From: an uncultured delta proteobacterium
GTDB lineage: Bacteria > Desulfobacterota > Binatia > JACPRU01
NCBI GenBank assembly: GCA_963745025.1
Contig: CAVUWD010000013.1
Coordinates: 1-64,000 of the forward strand
Direction of reading: 5' to 3'
Length of the DNA stretch: 64,000 bases
The position numbers and the translations under genes were made by a program. Shown here piece by piece: positions 1 through 9,333 of this stretch. A model generated the notes under the pieces. The model did not search any database, was not told the origin of the DNA, and was given only the letters and a program-made list of their open reading frames with translations. Positions within the stretch are counted from its first letter, which is position 1, and each line of letters starts with the position of its first letter.

Positions 1-225
1 CTCGGTCGCGAATCCGCGCCCGCTCCGTCACTCACTCGTCTCGCCGGCACGTACGTGCCCTCGACCGTGGCGTTCCAGAGCACTGCCGACGTTTGGGAGG
101 TGCCGAGCGTGACGACGTATGCGAGTCGGCTCGTCGCCGCGCCGAAGCCTGCGAAGACGATCTTGCCCGGCACGTAGGGCACGTCGCCGAGAATCGCTCC
201 CGCATACGCGCTGACTCCGCACGAC
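1..225 (-). pseudogene. Possible startless fragment of a small membrane protein gene
   Basis: A minus frame not in the ORF track reads CGVSAYAGAILGDVPYVPGKIVFAGFGAATSRLAYVVTLGTSQTSAVLWNATVEGTYV. This is protein-like and hydrophobic but has no start codon after the upstream gene's stop, and it runs off the window edge. Confidence 0.3.
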
Positions 226-246
226 TCCTGTCCGGAGGCTCTAGTT

Positions 247-1104
247 CTAGCGGCTTCGCACCCGCTCGAGCGCCGCGTCCAGGTCTCCGAGCCCGCTCGA
301 TCCGAGATTCGGCCGCACCACCTCGATCGGATCGCGCAGGTCGTCGACGTAGCCGAGCGCGTAGGCGCCGCGCGAGTAGCCCATGAGGCGCAGCAGGTCC
401 ACCGGCAGCTTGCGCGCCGTCTCGAGCGGCACGGCGAGATATTGGTTCTCCTCCTGGCGGAGCCAGGAAACGCTGTAGGTGATGTTGATGCCGCGGCGAG
501 TGTGATCGGAGCGATTGGCGCCGGCGCCGTGATAGAGGCTACCGGTGTAGAGCAGCACCGAGCCCTTCTTCATCTCGGCGGGGATGGTCTCGGCGGCGTC
601 GAGCTCGAGGCGATCGTCGAAGCGGTGGCTTCCCGGAATCACGCGCGTCGCGCCGTTTTCTCCCGTGAAGTCCGTCATCGCCCAAAGGGTGTTGCACGAG
701 ACCTCGTATCCTTTTGGGAACGGGAAGAAGGCGAACGCCCACTGATCGCGATGGATCTTCTGCGCCGGCTCGCCGGGGTCGATCGAGATCACTTGCGTGA
801 GGTGAAGCTGAAAGCTCGACGAGTGCGAGAGCACCTTGTCCACCCCGCCGAGCACCAGCGGGTGGACGACCAGATCCCGGCACGTCTCCGAGCGCGCGAT
901 CAGAGCTCCCGTGCGCTTGGTGCGGCGCCCGGCGAAGTCGTCGGGGCCGAAGGAAGTGGCGGCGAGGAACGGGTCGAGCTCGCGCTTCGCGCGATCAAGC
1001 ACTGCGGGATCGACGAGGCAGTCGACGATCGCGGCGCCGTCCTCGCTTAGCACCATGGCGACTTCCTCGGCCGAAGCGGTTGCGGGCAGATGGCGGATCT
1101 CCAT
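247..1104 (-). CDS. Phytanoyl-CoA dioxygenase (PhyH) family Fe(II)/2-oxoglutarate oxygenase
   Basis: HxD motif IHRDQ, NGATRVIPGSH, distal His in LYHGAGAN, WLRQEENQYL; GAGGAGG RBS upstream of the ATG. Confidence 0.9.
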   Translation of the reverse strand: MEIRHLPATASAEEVAMVLSEDGAAIVDCLVDPAVLDRAKRELDPFLAATSFGPDDFAGRRTKRTGALIARSETCRDLVVHPLVLGGVDKVLSHSSSFQLHLTQVISIDPGEPAQKIHRDQWAFAFFPFPKGYEVSCNTLWAMTDFTGENGATRVIPGSHRFDDRLELDAAETIPAEMKKGSVLLYTGSLYHGAGANRSDHTRRGINITYSVSWLRQEENQYLAVPLETARKLPVDLLRLMGYSRGAYALGYVDDLRDPIEVVRPNLGSSGLGDLDAALERVRSR

Positions 1105-1271
1105 AGCGCCTCCTCGAGCAGGGACGTTGCCGCATTATTGGAAATTGTTTCCATCGCTGGCAAACGGGGGACGACGATTTGGGGACGTTGTAACCGCGGG
1201 TGGCAAATCCCGCGGCTTCACCCTCGGGCATTTTGTGATAGGCAGCCGCAGGCAGACGATTGGGGGACCCT

Positions 1272-1724
1272 ATGGAGAGAGACGTCCTGATCCGACTTCA
1301 GCGCCTCGAGCGCGATAACCGCATCTTCAAGTATTCGTTCGTCTCGTTGCTCGGCGTCGTGTTCCTCGCATGCGTGGTCGCTGCGACGTCGGTGTCCCCG
1401 ATACCCGAGGAGATCGTCGCGCGATCCTTTCGAGTCATCGGCAAGAACGGCGAGAACACCGGGCTTCTCTCCGCGACCGACGACGGCTACGTGGGTCTCT
1501 TCTTCCGTGACGCCAAGTTCAAGATGCGGTTCATGACGCTGATGACGCCGGGGGGTGATTTGACCATGTCGTTCGCGGACGCAGCCTTGAAGAACCGCCT
1601 GGAGATCGGCGCGATCCCGGAGGGCTCCGGCAAGGAATATTCGCTCCGGCTGCTTCGCAGCGATGGTTCGGAAGCCTGGAAGCCGCCGGTGCGGAATGAA
1701 GTGGTGTCGACCCCGGCTCGCTGA
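1272..1724 (+). CDS. Hypothetical membrane-anchored protein
   Basis: RLQRLERDNR short coil, one TM helix, then a beta-rich region (EEIVARSFRVIG); ATG at 1272. Confidence 0.65.
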   Translation: MERDVLIRLQRLERDNRIFKYSFVSLLGVVFLACVVAATSVSPIPEEIVARSFRVIGKNGENTGLLSATDDGYVGLFFRDAKFKMRFMTLMTPGGDLTMSFADAALKNRLEIGAIPEGSGKEYSLRLLRSDGSEAWKPPVRNEVVSTPAR

Positions 1725-1775
1725 GCCCGCCGCTCACTCGACCCCCATCGATCTCCGGTGAGATCGCCGGGGTCT

Positions 1776-2969
1776 ATGTCGGGTTTCATCCTCCTCGCGC
1801 ACCTGTTCACGGCGCTCCTCGCGCTACCCGCTGCGGCCGAGACCAAGCCGGTCCCCGCCCGCGTGGTGCTCGAGGTGTTCACCCGCGAAAGATGCCCGCA
1901 CTGCGAAGAGGCGAAGCGGTTTCTCGAGGCCTTCCACCGCGAGCGACCGGACGTGGAGGTGGTCGAGCACGACGTGCTGCGCGACCCGCGTGCGCGCGAG
2001 CGTCTGCGGAGCCTCGCCTCGGAGCATGGCGTCGAGGCACCAGGAGTGCCCGCGTTTTACGTGGGAGGCGAGCTCGTCGTCGGCTACCGCGGTGCGGATG
2101 TCACCGGAAAGCGCCTCGAGGCGCTCGTGGAACGGGCCGAAGCGACGCAAGGCGAAGCGCAGGCTCCCGAGGGAGCCTGTCTTCCGGAGGACACTGCGTC
2201 GTGCGAAGGCGCCGTTTCCGCGCCGGCCCGCGACGCCGAGGCGATCGAGATTCCTTTCCTCGGCCACCCGATCACGGTTTCCCAACTCGGGCTCCCGCTC
2301 TTCACGTTCGCTCTCGGGCTCCTCGACGGGTTCAACCCTTGCTCGATGTGGGTGCTGATCCTCATGCTGTCCATGCTGGCGAGCCTCCGGGATCGGGTGA
2401 AGATGCTGCTCATCGCGGGCACGTTCGTTGCCGTCGAGGGTATCGCGTACTTCGCCTTCATGGCGGCGTGGCTCAACGCATTCCTGCTGATCGGTTTCTC
2501 CCGCACCTCGGAGATCGCTCTTGGAGGCATCTCCTGCCTGGCCGGGCTGATACATCTCAAGGACTTCTGGGCGCTCGGTCGCGGGATCTCGCTCAGCATT
2601 CCGCAGGGGGCGAAGCCTGGAATCTACGCCCGGATGCGCCGGATCCTCGTCGCCGAAAACTTGCTCGGCGCGCTCGTCGGCACCGTCGTGCTCGCCGTTC
2701 TCGTCCAGGTCGTGGAGCTCCTCTGCACGAGCGGATTTCCTGCGCTCTACACGAGAATCCTCACCTTGCGGCGGATGGACCGGTGGTCTTACTACGGTTA
2801 TCTCCTGCTCTACGATCTCGCCTACATGCTCGACGACGTGCTCATCCTGGCGGTCGGAGTGGTGACGCTCAGCCGGCGGCGACTACAGGAGCGGGAAGGG
2901 CGATGGCTGAAGCTCGTCAGCGGAGCGGCAATGGTGGGCCTGGGCGTCTATCTGCTCGTCGCGCCCTGA
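1776..2969 (+). CDS. Glutaredoxin/thioredoxin-domain membrane protein with DsbD/CcdA-like TM domain
   Basis: Signal peptide, CPHC redox motif, GVPAF cis-Pro motif, TM region with DGFNPC and ELLCT cysteines. Confidence 0.85.
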   Translation: MSGFILLAHLFTALLALPAAAETKPVPARVVLEVFTRERCPHCEEAKRFLEAFHRERPDVEVVEHDVLRDPRARERLRSLASEHGVEAPGVPAFYVGGELVVGYRGADVTGKRLEALVERAEATQGEAQAPEGACLPEDTASCEGAVSAPARDAEAIEIPFLGHPITVSQLGLPLFTFALGLLDGFNPCSMWVLILMLSMLASLRDRVKMLLIAGTFVAVEGIAYFAFMAAWLNAFLLIGFSRTSEIALGGISCLAGLIHLKDFWALGRGISLSIPQGAKPGIYARMRRILVAENLLGALVGTVVLAVLVQVVELLCTSGFPALYTRILTLRRMDRWSYYGYLLLYDLAYMLDDVLILAVGVVTLSRRRLQEREGRWLKLVSGAAMVGLGVYLLVAP

Positions 2970-3010
2970 TCCAGGAGCGGCTGACCGCGATGGCGAGAGG
3001 GAGCGAGGAT

Positions 3011-3874
3011 CTACCGACGCTCGCGCTCTTCGCGCACGCGCCCGAGGAAGTCGGGATCGCCTTCGCCGCCGAGGGCGAGCAACCCGCACTCCCGCAGGCT
3101 CTCTCTCGCACGCGCGAGGATCTCGTCGTCGCAGGTGAACGACGAGCCCTCGAGCGCGCGAGCGACGTCGACCTCGTAGGCCTGGCTGTGAAAGAGCGCG
3201 ATCGCGCGTTCGGATAGCGGCAAGACCTGGTAGCCGGCGCGCCACGATGCGGGATTTCCGGACTGCTCGCGCACGGCCCCGCAGGCAAGAGCCACCGAGG
3301 CGTCGGTGAGCGATAGGCGCGCGAGGTCACGCACCAGCGCCTCGAATCGCCCTTGCTCGGCTCCGTCGAGGAACAGGAAGAGACGCGAGCGGTAGAAGAG
3401 GACGGCATCGTGAAAGAACTTGGGTACGCTCGCCACGCCGTCCTTGCCGAGCTCGGTCGCCATCGACACCACGACGCGAAAGGCACTCCGCAACACTCCG
3501 AGGCCGGGGTGGCGCTGCAGCGGCAGCGGCGGCCGGACGGGCGAGAACCGGCGCGTCGGATCCTGCTCGCGTAGCCAGTAGACGAGCAGGAACTCGAGCG
3601 GGCGATCGGCGGGGTATCCGCGCCGGGCGAGGATCTCCGCGTCCATCGTCAACTCTCCGAGGGATGCCTCCAACAGGAGATGACGATCACCTGCTCGGCA
3701 GGCGGAGAGCAAGACGGATGGCAATGCGTGCGATGTGGCGTCGATCGTGAGGTCGAAGGCCTCGAAGCCCTTCCCCTCCAGGGCGCGGAACACCCCCGCT
3801 GCGGCCAGTCGCTCGCAGAGGTCCCGCGCGTCGTACCGACCGAGCAGCTTGGCCTCAGAGCTCGTGGTTTGCAT
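3011..3874 (-). CDS. Deacetylase-associated hypothetical protein, possible GNAT-like fold
   Basis: ATG at 3874 overlaps the end of the HDAC gene; contains WLREQDP, QRHPGLG and PKFFHDA motifs. Confidence 0.7.
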   Translation of the reverse strand: MQTTSSEAKLLGRYDARDLCERLAAAGVFRALEGKGFEAFDLTIDATSHALPSVLLSACRAGDRHLLLEASLGELTMDAEILARRGYPADRPLEFLLVYWLREQDPTRRFSPVRPPLPLQRHPGLGVLRSAFRVVVSMATELGKDGVASVPKFFHDAVLFYRSRLFLFLDGAEQGRFEALVRDLARLSLTDASVALACGAVREQSGNPASWRAGYQVLPLSERAIALFHSQAYEVDVARALEGSSFTCDDEILARARESLRECGLLALGGEGDPDFLGRVREERERR

Positions 3875-4784
3875 CGCGGAGCAGCCATCGGAAGTAATTG
3901 AAATGAATCCGCCAGCTCGCGGCGCCGTAGCCTCCGGCCGTGACCACGGCCATCGGGACGCCACTGCCGAACACCTCGCGAGTCACCAGCCGATCGCGCT
4001 CGAGGAGCCCCGCCTCGCTGAGATCGAGGTCACCGAGCGTGTCGTCGACGTACGGGTCGCTTCCCGCGAGATAGACGGCGAAATCCGGCCGAAACTCTTC
4101 GAGGATGGCGGGCAGGTGCGCGCGCAGCGTGGCGAGATACGCGTCGTCGGAGATGTGGGAGGGCAGCTCGATGTCGCGGTTGTGCTGCTTGGTGATCCAG
4201 CACCAGTTGCCGTTGTGCATGGAAAAGGTGAACACCGAATCGTCCTCGCGGAAGATCTCGGCGTTGCCGTTCCCATGGTGACAGTCGAGATCGACGATCA
4301 GCGCCCGCTCGATTGCCTGGGCGCGCTGCAGCACGCGGACTGCGATGGCGACGTCCGCGATGGCGCAGAAGCCCTCGGCCTTGTCGGCCTGGGCGTGATG
4401 GAAGCCGCCACCGAGATTGACGGCGATCGAACGCTCGGCGACGGCCCGGCGTGCCGCCGCCACGGTGCCCCCGGCGGCGTAGAGAAACGGCTGGAGCAGA
4501 CGTTCGTCCCACGGGTGCTCCGAATCGAGCAGCAACAGGCTCGCGAGCCGCTCGGGCTTGCGGATCTCGGTGAGGTAGGGGGCCGTGTGGACCAAGGCGA
4601 GCTCCTCGTCGAGAATCGGCCGCGGGGCGATGAAATCCTCCGGACGCGCGCAGCCGTCCGCGACCAGCGCGTCCCGGATCCGCCGCGGCTTCTCGACGTC
4701 GTACGCGTGGCGAGGGCCGGCTTCGACGGCGTCATAGAGGTAGGAATCGCAGTAGAACAGTCGTACCGGTCGTGCTCGCGTCAT
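3855..4784 (-). CDS. Zn-dependent histone deacetylase family protein
   Basis: GGGFHHA, GFC, DLDCHHGNG, GSDP and GGYG catalytic and Zn-binding motifs. Confidence 0.95.
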   Translation of the reverse strand: MTRARPVRLFYCDSYLYDAVEAGPRHAYDVEKPRRIRDALVADGCARPEDFIAPRPILDEELALVHTAPYLTEIRKPERLASLLLLDSEHPWDERLLQPFLYAAGGTVAAARRAVAERSIAVNLGGGFHHAQADKAEGFCAIADVAIAVRVLQRAQAIERALIVDLDCHHGNGNAEIFREDDSVFTFSMHNGNWCWITKQHNRDIELPSHISDDAYLATLRAHLPAILEEFRPDFAVYLAGSDPYVDDTLGDLDLSEAGLLERDRLVTREVFGSGVPMAVVTAGGYGAASWRIHFNYFRWLLRDANHEL

Positions 4785-4913
4785 CGCCTCGCGTCCGCTG
4801 GACCCCTATGACACACTTTATCGCGAACGGGGACGCTGCTTGCCCGCTCGCCGCGCACCTTGTCGCACGCGCACCCGATGTGTCATCTAGCAACCAAGCG
4901 GAAGGGGAGAGCC

Positions 4914-5321
4914 ATGAGAATTCGGAAGACCCGCATCGCACTCGTGGCCGCCGTTGGAGCGCTGATGTTCGCCCTCGTCGCTTCGGCGCAGCTGGACGAG
5001 CTCAAGAACACGACTCCCGAGCAGAGGGCGAAGGCGCTGACGGAAATCATGAAGACGAAGGTCGGCTTGACGCCGGAACAAACCGGCAAGGTGATGGATC
5101 TCAATCTCGAGTACGCCAAGAAGATGGATCCGCTCATCAAGGGCTCGGCAGGCCCGCTCGTCCGGATGCGCGAGATGAAGCAGATCAACGAGGCGAAGGA
5201 AGCCGAGCTGAAACAGATTCTATCGCCGCAGCAGTTCGAGAAGTACCTCGCCTCGAAAGAGGAGATGCGCGAGAAGCTAGTCGAGAAGGTAGGAGAAAAG
5301 TCCAAGGCTGGCGCCGAGTAG
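4914..5321 (+). CDS. Exported alpha-helical protein (Spy/DUF4890-like)
   Basis: GGGGAG RBS, signal peptide ending ASA-Q, LTPEQ and LSPQQ helical repeats. Confidence 0.75.
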   Translation: MRIRKTRIALVAAVGALMFALVASAQLDELKNTTPEQRAKALTEIMKTKVGLTPEQTGKVMDLNLEYAKKMDPLIKGSAGPLVRMREMKQINEAKEAELKQILSPQQFEKYLASKEEMREKLVEKVGEKSKAGAE

Positions 5322-5370
5322 CGCGCCAGCGCGCCTGGCACGGGGCCTTTCAACGGACGCGGCCCGCGGG

Positions 5371-5706
5371 TCAGGAAGACAAGATGCTCACTTCATCTGC
5401 CAGGATGTCTCCGTGATCGTTCGTTCCTTGAACGCTTGCGCGCGTTCCTTTGGTGAGATCGACGCAAGGCGCGGGCTTCCCGCTCGAGGCGTGGACGATC
5501 GTGGTGTCGTCCGTGACGATCACGATCACGACGAGGCCATCCTGCTGCTCGAGCGGAAAGCTGCCGCCCCCTCCCGAGCACCTCGCGTCGTCGGCGACCG
5601 TGCCGGAGCTGAAGTGCACGGAGACCGAGGTGTCCGACCCGCACGACACGAGCCCGAGCAAGAGCGAGGAGAGGAGCCACGGCATTTTCGAGCGCGGGGC
5701 GTTCAT
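5371..5706 (-). CDS. Small lipoprotein, DUF5666/OB-fold-like
   Basis: Lipobox LVS-C; VTDDTTI...DLTKGTRASVQG...ILADEV pattern; start overlaps the SDR stop (TGATG). Confidence 0.65.
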   Translation of the reverse strand: MNAPRSKMPWLLSSLLLGLVSCGSDTSVSVHFSSGTVADDARCSGGGGSFPLEQQDGLVVIVIVTDDTTIVHASSGKPAPCVDLTKGTRASVQGTNDHGDILADEVSILSS

Positions 5707-6509
5707 CAGGCCGAGGTATCGTCGAAGTCGACGTCGACGAAGCGGCCGGCGGCCGAGAAGCCTCCGTCGACGGCGATGTCTTGGCCGCTCACGAACGACG
5801 CCTCGTCGCTCGCGAGAAAGAGAACGAGGCTGGCGACCTCTTCCGGCCGTCCGAAGCGCCCGAGCGGCGCCATCTTCCGCCAGCGACGGGCGAAGCGGGG
5901 CTCGGGCTCGCCCGGCGATCGCCACCGCGGGGTCTCGATGATTCCTGGGCAAACGCAGTTGACGCGAATGCCGCGGGGGCCCAGGCGCTGTGCGAGCTTC
6001 CGCGTGAGGCCGACGACTCCGCCCTTCGCGGCGCTGTACGCCTCGCTCGCGAACTCGATCGCGATCTTCGCGCCGGCGATCGATGCGTTCGAGACGATCG
6101 CGCCGACACCCGAGCGCTCGAGCAGCGGCGCGGCCTCGATGGAGGCGGCCCAGTAGGCGGCAAGGCCGCTCTCGAGCATCACGTTCCAGCGCTGGTCGTC
6201 GCCATAGTCGTCGCGCGGGTCGGCCATCGCGTTGTTGAAGAGGACGGCGACGCCGCCGAGGAGGCGCTCGGCGTCGCGCACCATCTGCCGGACGTCGCTC
6301 CGGTCGGCGACGTCCGTGTGGCGGAAGTGGGCCCGCCCTCGCGCCGCTCGAATCTCTTGGGCGATCTCCTCCCCCTTGCGGTCCTGGATGTCGGCGATGA
6401 GGACGCTCGCGCCTTCGGCGGCGAAGCGCCGCGCGGTCGCTGCTCCGATGCCCGAAGCGCCGCCGGTCACGATCGCCGGCCGCCCGTCGAGCCGTCCGCT
6501 CTCCGTCAT
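5706..6509 (-). CDS. Classical SDR oxidoreductase
   Basis: TGGASGIG, YSAAK, NCVCPG, FVSGQDIAVDGG; true start is the ATG at 6509 after a GGGGGAG RBS. Confidence 0.95.
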   Translation of the reverse strand: MTESGRLDGRPAIVTGGASGIGAATARRFAAEGASVLIADIQDRKGEEIAQEIRAARGRAHFRHTDVADRSDVRQMVRDAERLLGGVAVLFNNAMADPRDDYGDDQRWNVMLESGLAAYWAASIEAAPLLERSGVGAIVSNASIAGAKIAIEFASEAYSAAKGGVVGLTRKLAQRLGPRGIRVNCVCPGIIETPRWRSPGEPEPRFARRWRKMAPLGRFGRPEEVASLVLFLASDEASFVSGQDIAVDGGFSAAGRFVDVDFDDTSA

Positions 6510-6517
6510 TCTCCCCC

Positions 6518-7240
6518 CTACTTGAAGTCCGGATAGTAGCGATCGCGCATCCGATCGCAGTACGCGACCAGGTTCGGAAGCGAGTTGCCGTAGTCCTTGA
6601 TGGGGCCTGGGAACGGTACGCGCATTGCGTGGATCAGCCAGGCGTAGAGAGTGGCGTCGATCGATCGCGGCTTGCGGCCCATGAAGTAGGGCTTGTCGGC
6701 GAGAAACGCCGAAAGCGCGTCGTACTCTTGGCGAGCGAGCTCCTCCACCTCTTCGGCCGAATGGCGACCTTTCCCGCACCAGTAGAACTCGTGGAGGATC
6801 CGCTCGCGGAACTCCTCGACCGGGCCGGTACGCTGTTCCGGCGGGACGAAGTCGAGGAATTCGACCCAGATGGGATCGTAGACCTTGAAGCTCTCGTCCC
6901 TTCGGTAACGCATCTGCACCAGGTACCAGTAGAAGCTCTCCTCGAGCATGCGACCGAAGGCGACGGCGATCGCCCGGTCGCTCGCGCTCATGTCCGCATC
7001 CAGCGTGTCGCCGTATTCCTTCTTCAAGTATTCGACGATGAAGACGCTGTCGCAGACGGTCTTGCCGTCGTCTTCGATGACGGGGAGCTTTCCCTTCGGC
7101 GTCTTCGTCAAGTCGCCTCGCTCGAGCTTCACGAGCTCGTAGGGGAGGTCCACCATCCTCAGATAGCAGTCGATCTTGGTGACGAAAGGGCTCACGTCCG
7201 GGACTCCCCACGCCGGTATGTAGCCGTGCATCTTGATCAT
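6518..7240 (-). CDS. Glutathione S-transferase, metaxin/FAX-like subfamily
   Basis: SPFVTK, PKGKLPVI, DS..IVEYL, KPYFMG..P..ID, PNLVAYCDRM. Confidence 0.9.
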   Translation of the reverse strand: MIKMHGYIPAWGVPDVSPFVTKIDCYLRMVDLPYELVKLERGDLTKTPKGKLPVIEDDGKTVCDSVFIVEYLKKEYGDTLDADMSASDRAIAVAFGRMLEESFYWYLVQMRYRRDESFKVYDPIWVEFLDFVPPEQRTGPVEEFRERILHEFYWCGKGRHSAEEVEELARQEYDALSAFLADKPYFMGRKPRSIDATLYAWLIHAMRVPFPGPIKDYGNSLPNLVAYCDRMRDRYYPDFK

Positions 7241-7277
7241 CTGTGGCTCCTCCGTACCCGCCCTCCCGGCGGGCACG

Positions 7278-7958
7278 CTACCAGGGAAGCGTTTCGCCGT
7301 TTGCGTGGCGGAAGGTTCCCGTCGTCTCGAGCGTCAGCTCGTCGATGCGAGCGAGGAGGCCTTTCGCCGCTTGCGGAGGATCGACGAAGGGTCCCGCAAC
7401 GCCGCCGGTCAGTCCTCGGGTCATTTCGGTTCGGACGCTTCCGGGGTGGAGACAGATGACCGCGATTCCGCGCTTCGCGAGATCGCGTGCCAGGCAGATC
7501 CCCGCCATGTTCGCCGCCGCCTTCGACATGCGATAGCCGTAGAGGCCGCCCGAGAGATTTTCGCCGAGCGAGCCCACGCGGCTGGTGATGATCGCGACTT
7601 TCGAGCCTTCGTCGAGGCACGGCAGCAGAGCTTGGGTCACGCGCAGCGGGCCGAGCGCATTCACTTCGTACTCGCGCCGGAGCTTCGCAAAGTCGAGCCG
7701 CCCGAGCTCGCCGAGCTCGACGACCCCCGCGTTGCTGATGAGCACGTCGAGACTGATTCCCGCGAGCCGCTCGGCGAGCCCACGGATCGCCACATCGGAG
7801 GTCACGTCGACCGCGGGCTCGACCCACATGCCATGATCGCGAAGCGTCTTGGAATCATCGAGGCATGCGGCGATCACGCGGTCGCCGCGCGCGTGGATCT
7901 CGCGGCAGAGCGCTTCCCCGATGCCTCGATCTGCGCCGGTCACCAGGAAGGTCTTCAT
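7278..7958 (-). CDS. SDR oxidoreductase, CsgA/C-factor-like
   Basis: TGADRGIG, NAG, ITSRVGS, YRMSKAA, LHPGSVRTEM, C-terminal LPW. Confidence 0.9.
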   Translation of the reverse strand: MKTFLVTGADRGIGEALCREIHARGDRVIAACLDDSKTLRDHGMWVEPAVDVTSDVAIRGLAERLAGISLDVLISNAGVVELGELGRLDFAKLRREYEVNALGPLRVTQALLPCLDEGSKVAIITSRVGSLGENLSGGLYGYRMSKAAANMAGICLARDLAKRGIAVICLHPGSVRTEMTRGLTGGVAGPFVDPPQAAKGLLARIDELTLETTGTFRHANGETLPW

Positions 7959-8438
7959 CTCGCTAGAACCTCCGGCACGTCAAGAGCATCGGTCACCGCG
8001 ATAGTCGAGATGCTCGGCGGCGGTCAAGCGGGACTGTCGGTCCTCTGTAGAGAGCTGCGGATGTCTGGGTCATGGGCGGTGCCGCGCGTACGCAAATTCA
8101 CCTTGCGGTGCGCGAGTATCGTTTCGAGCAAGACCATCTACATAGCGTTGACTTCGTCGGCTCAAAGCGAGTACTGCCGTGCGATGATCCGCATCGACGC
8201 GCCGCGGTTCCAGAGCTTCAGCGGGTATCCCGCGACGCGTGGGTGCCTTGTTTTTGACCGAGCCCCGTTCATGAACGCCGACCCCGTGGGTGCCGCGACG
8301 CGAAAAAGACTCGTGGCCGATGGAGGGGCGTGCGGAGCGGTTTCTGCCGACCAACACATGGGGGGGACGGGATCCGAACGAAGCGCGAGGGTTCGTGGGA
8401 GGTTCCGGGCCTCGAGTGGCTCGATTGAGGGGGCGGCA

Positions 8439-9320
8439 ATGATTCGAAACCGATCGGTTCGATGGGCGCTGGTCGCGCTTGGGATGCTGTTGTCCGTGAA
8501 CGGCTACGCCGCAGAGAAGCAGGCGCCGCCGCACGCTGCGAAGACGAAAGGACCGCCCCCGCCGGCCGTCGGGGTCATCCAGACCGGCCTCGAGCCCAAG
8601 GCGGTCGACCTTCTGAAGGCGGCGAGCAGCCGCTTGGCGGCCGCGCACTCGATGTCGTTCACGGCGGTGATCTCTTACGAGAACCCGAGCACGCTCGGTC
8701 CGCCGCTGCTCTATACGGTGAAGAACGAGGTCACGCTCCAGCGGCCCGACAAGCTTCGCGTCATCGCCTCGGCCGACGGACCTCCGTCCGAGTTCTATTA
8801 CGACGGCAAGAACATGGTGGCATACGCGCCGGCCGAGAAGCTCGTCGCCGTGGCTCCGGCGCCGCCCACGATCGACGCCGCCTTGAAGGCCGCCTTCGAC
8901 TCCGCCGCGATCTACTTTCCCTTCTCGGACTTGATCGTCGCCGACCCGTACCAGGACATCGCCCCAGAATTGAAAACGGTTTTCTACATCGGCCAATCCA
9001 ACGTGGTCGGCGGCACGACGACCGACATGCTGGCATACGTCAGCGACGCCGTGTTCGCGGAGATCTGGATCGGCGCCGACGACAAGCTGCCGCGAAGGAT
9101 CCGCGCGGTGTACCGCGACGATCCGTCGCGGCTGCGCCACGACATGGAGCTCTCCAACTGGCAGCTCGACGTGGCCGTCCCTGCCGACGCTTTCAAGGCT
9201 CCGACCGAGGGCGCGAAACCGATCGAGTTCGCCCGGCCGGACCCGCAGATCCCAGCCGACCTGAGGGCCGAGCCGCCGCGCAAGGGTGCGGCGAAGAGCA
9301 CGTCAGCTAAAGGTCAATGA
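8439..9320 (+). CDS. DUF2092 periplasmic protein (LolA-like fold)
   Basis: Signal peptide; LQRPDKLRV, FYYDGK, APPTID, PFSDL, IWIG motifs. The 5' extension of the 7233 ORF is spurious. Confidence 0.85.
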   Translation: MIRNRSVRWALVALGMLLSVNGYAAEKQAPPHAAKTKGPPPPAVGVIQTGLEPKAVDLLKAASSRLAAAHSMSFTAVISYENPSTLGPPLLYTVKNEVTLQRPDKLRVIASADGPPSEFYYDGKNMVAYAPAEKLVAVAPAPPTIDAALKAAFDSAAIYFPFSDLIVADPYQDIAPELKTVFYIGQSNVVGGTTTDMLAYVSDAVFAEIWIGADDKLPRRIRAVYRDDPSRLRHDMELSNWQLDVAVPADAFKAPTEGAKPIEFARPDPQIPADLRAEPPRKGAAKSTSAKGQ

Positions 9321-9333
9321 GGAGGAACGGGCA

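Noticed and set aside
241-250. CTAG-TT-CTAG as an IS target duplication
   Set aside because: It includes the PhyH stop codon, and no terminal inverted repeats or transposase are nearby.
6510-7211. Apparent long N-terminal extension of the SDR (501-aa ORF)
   Set aside because: Alternative-frame read-through over the GST gene; Arg-rich and not protein-like.
7233-8438. N-terminal 400 aa of the 695-aa ORF
   Set aside because: It is the antisense shadow of the SDR gene plus intergenic sequence. The real DUF2092 gene starts at 8439 with an RBS and signal peptide.
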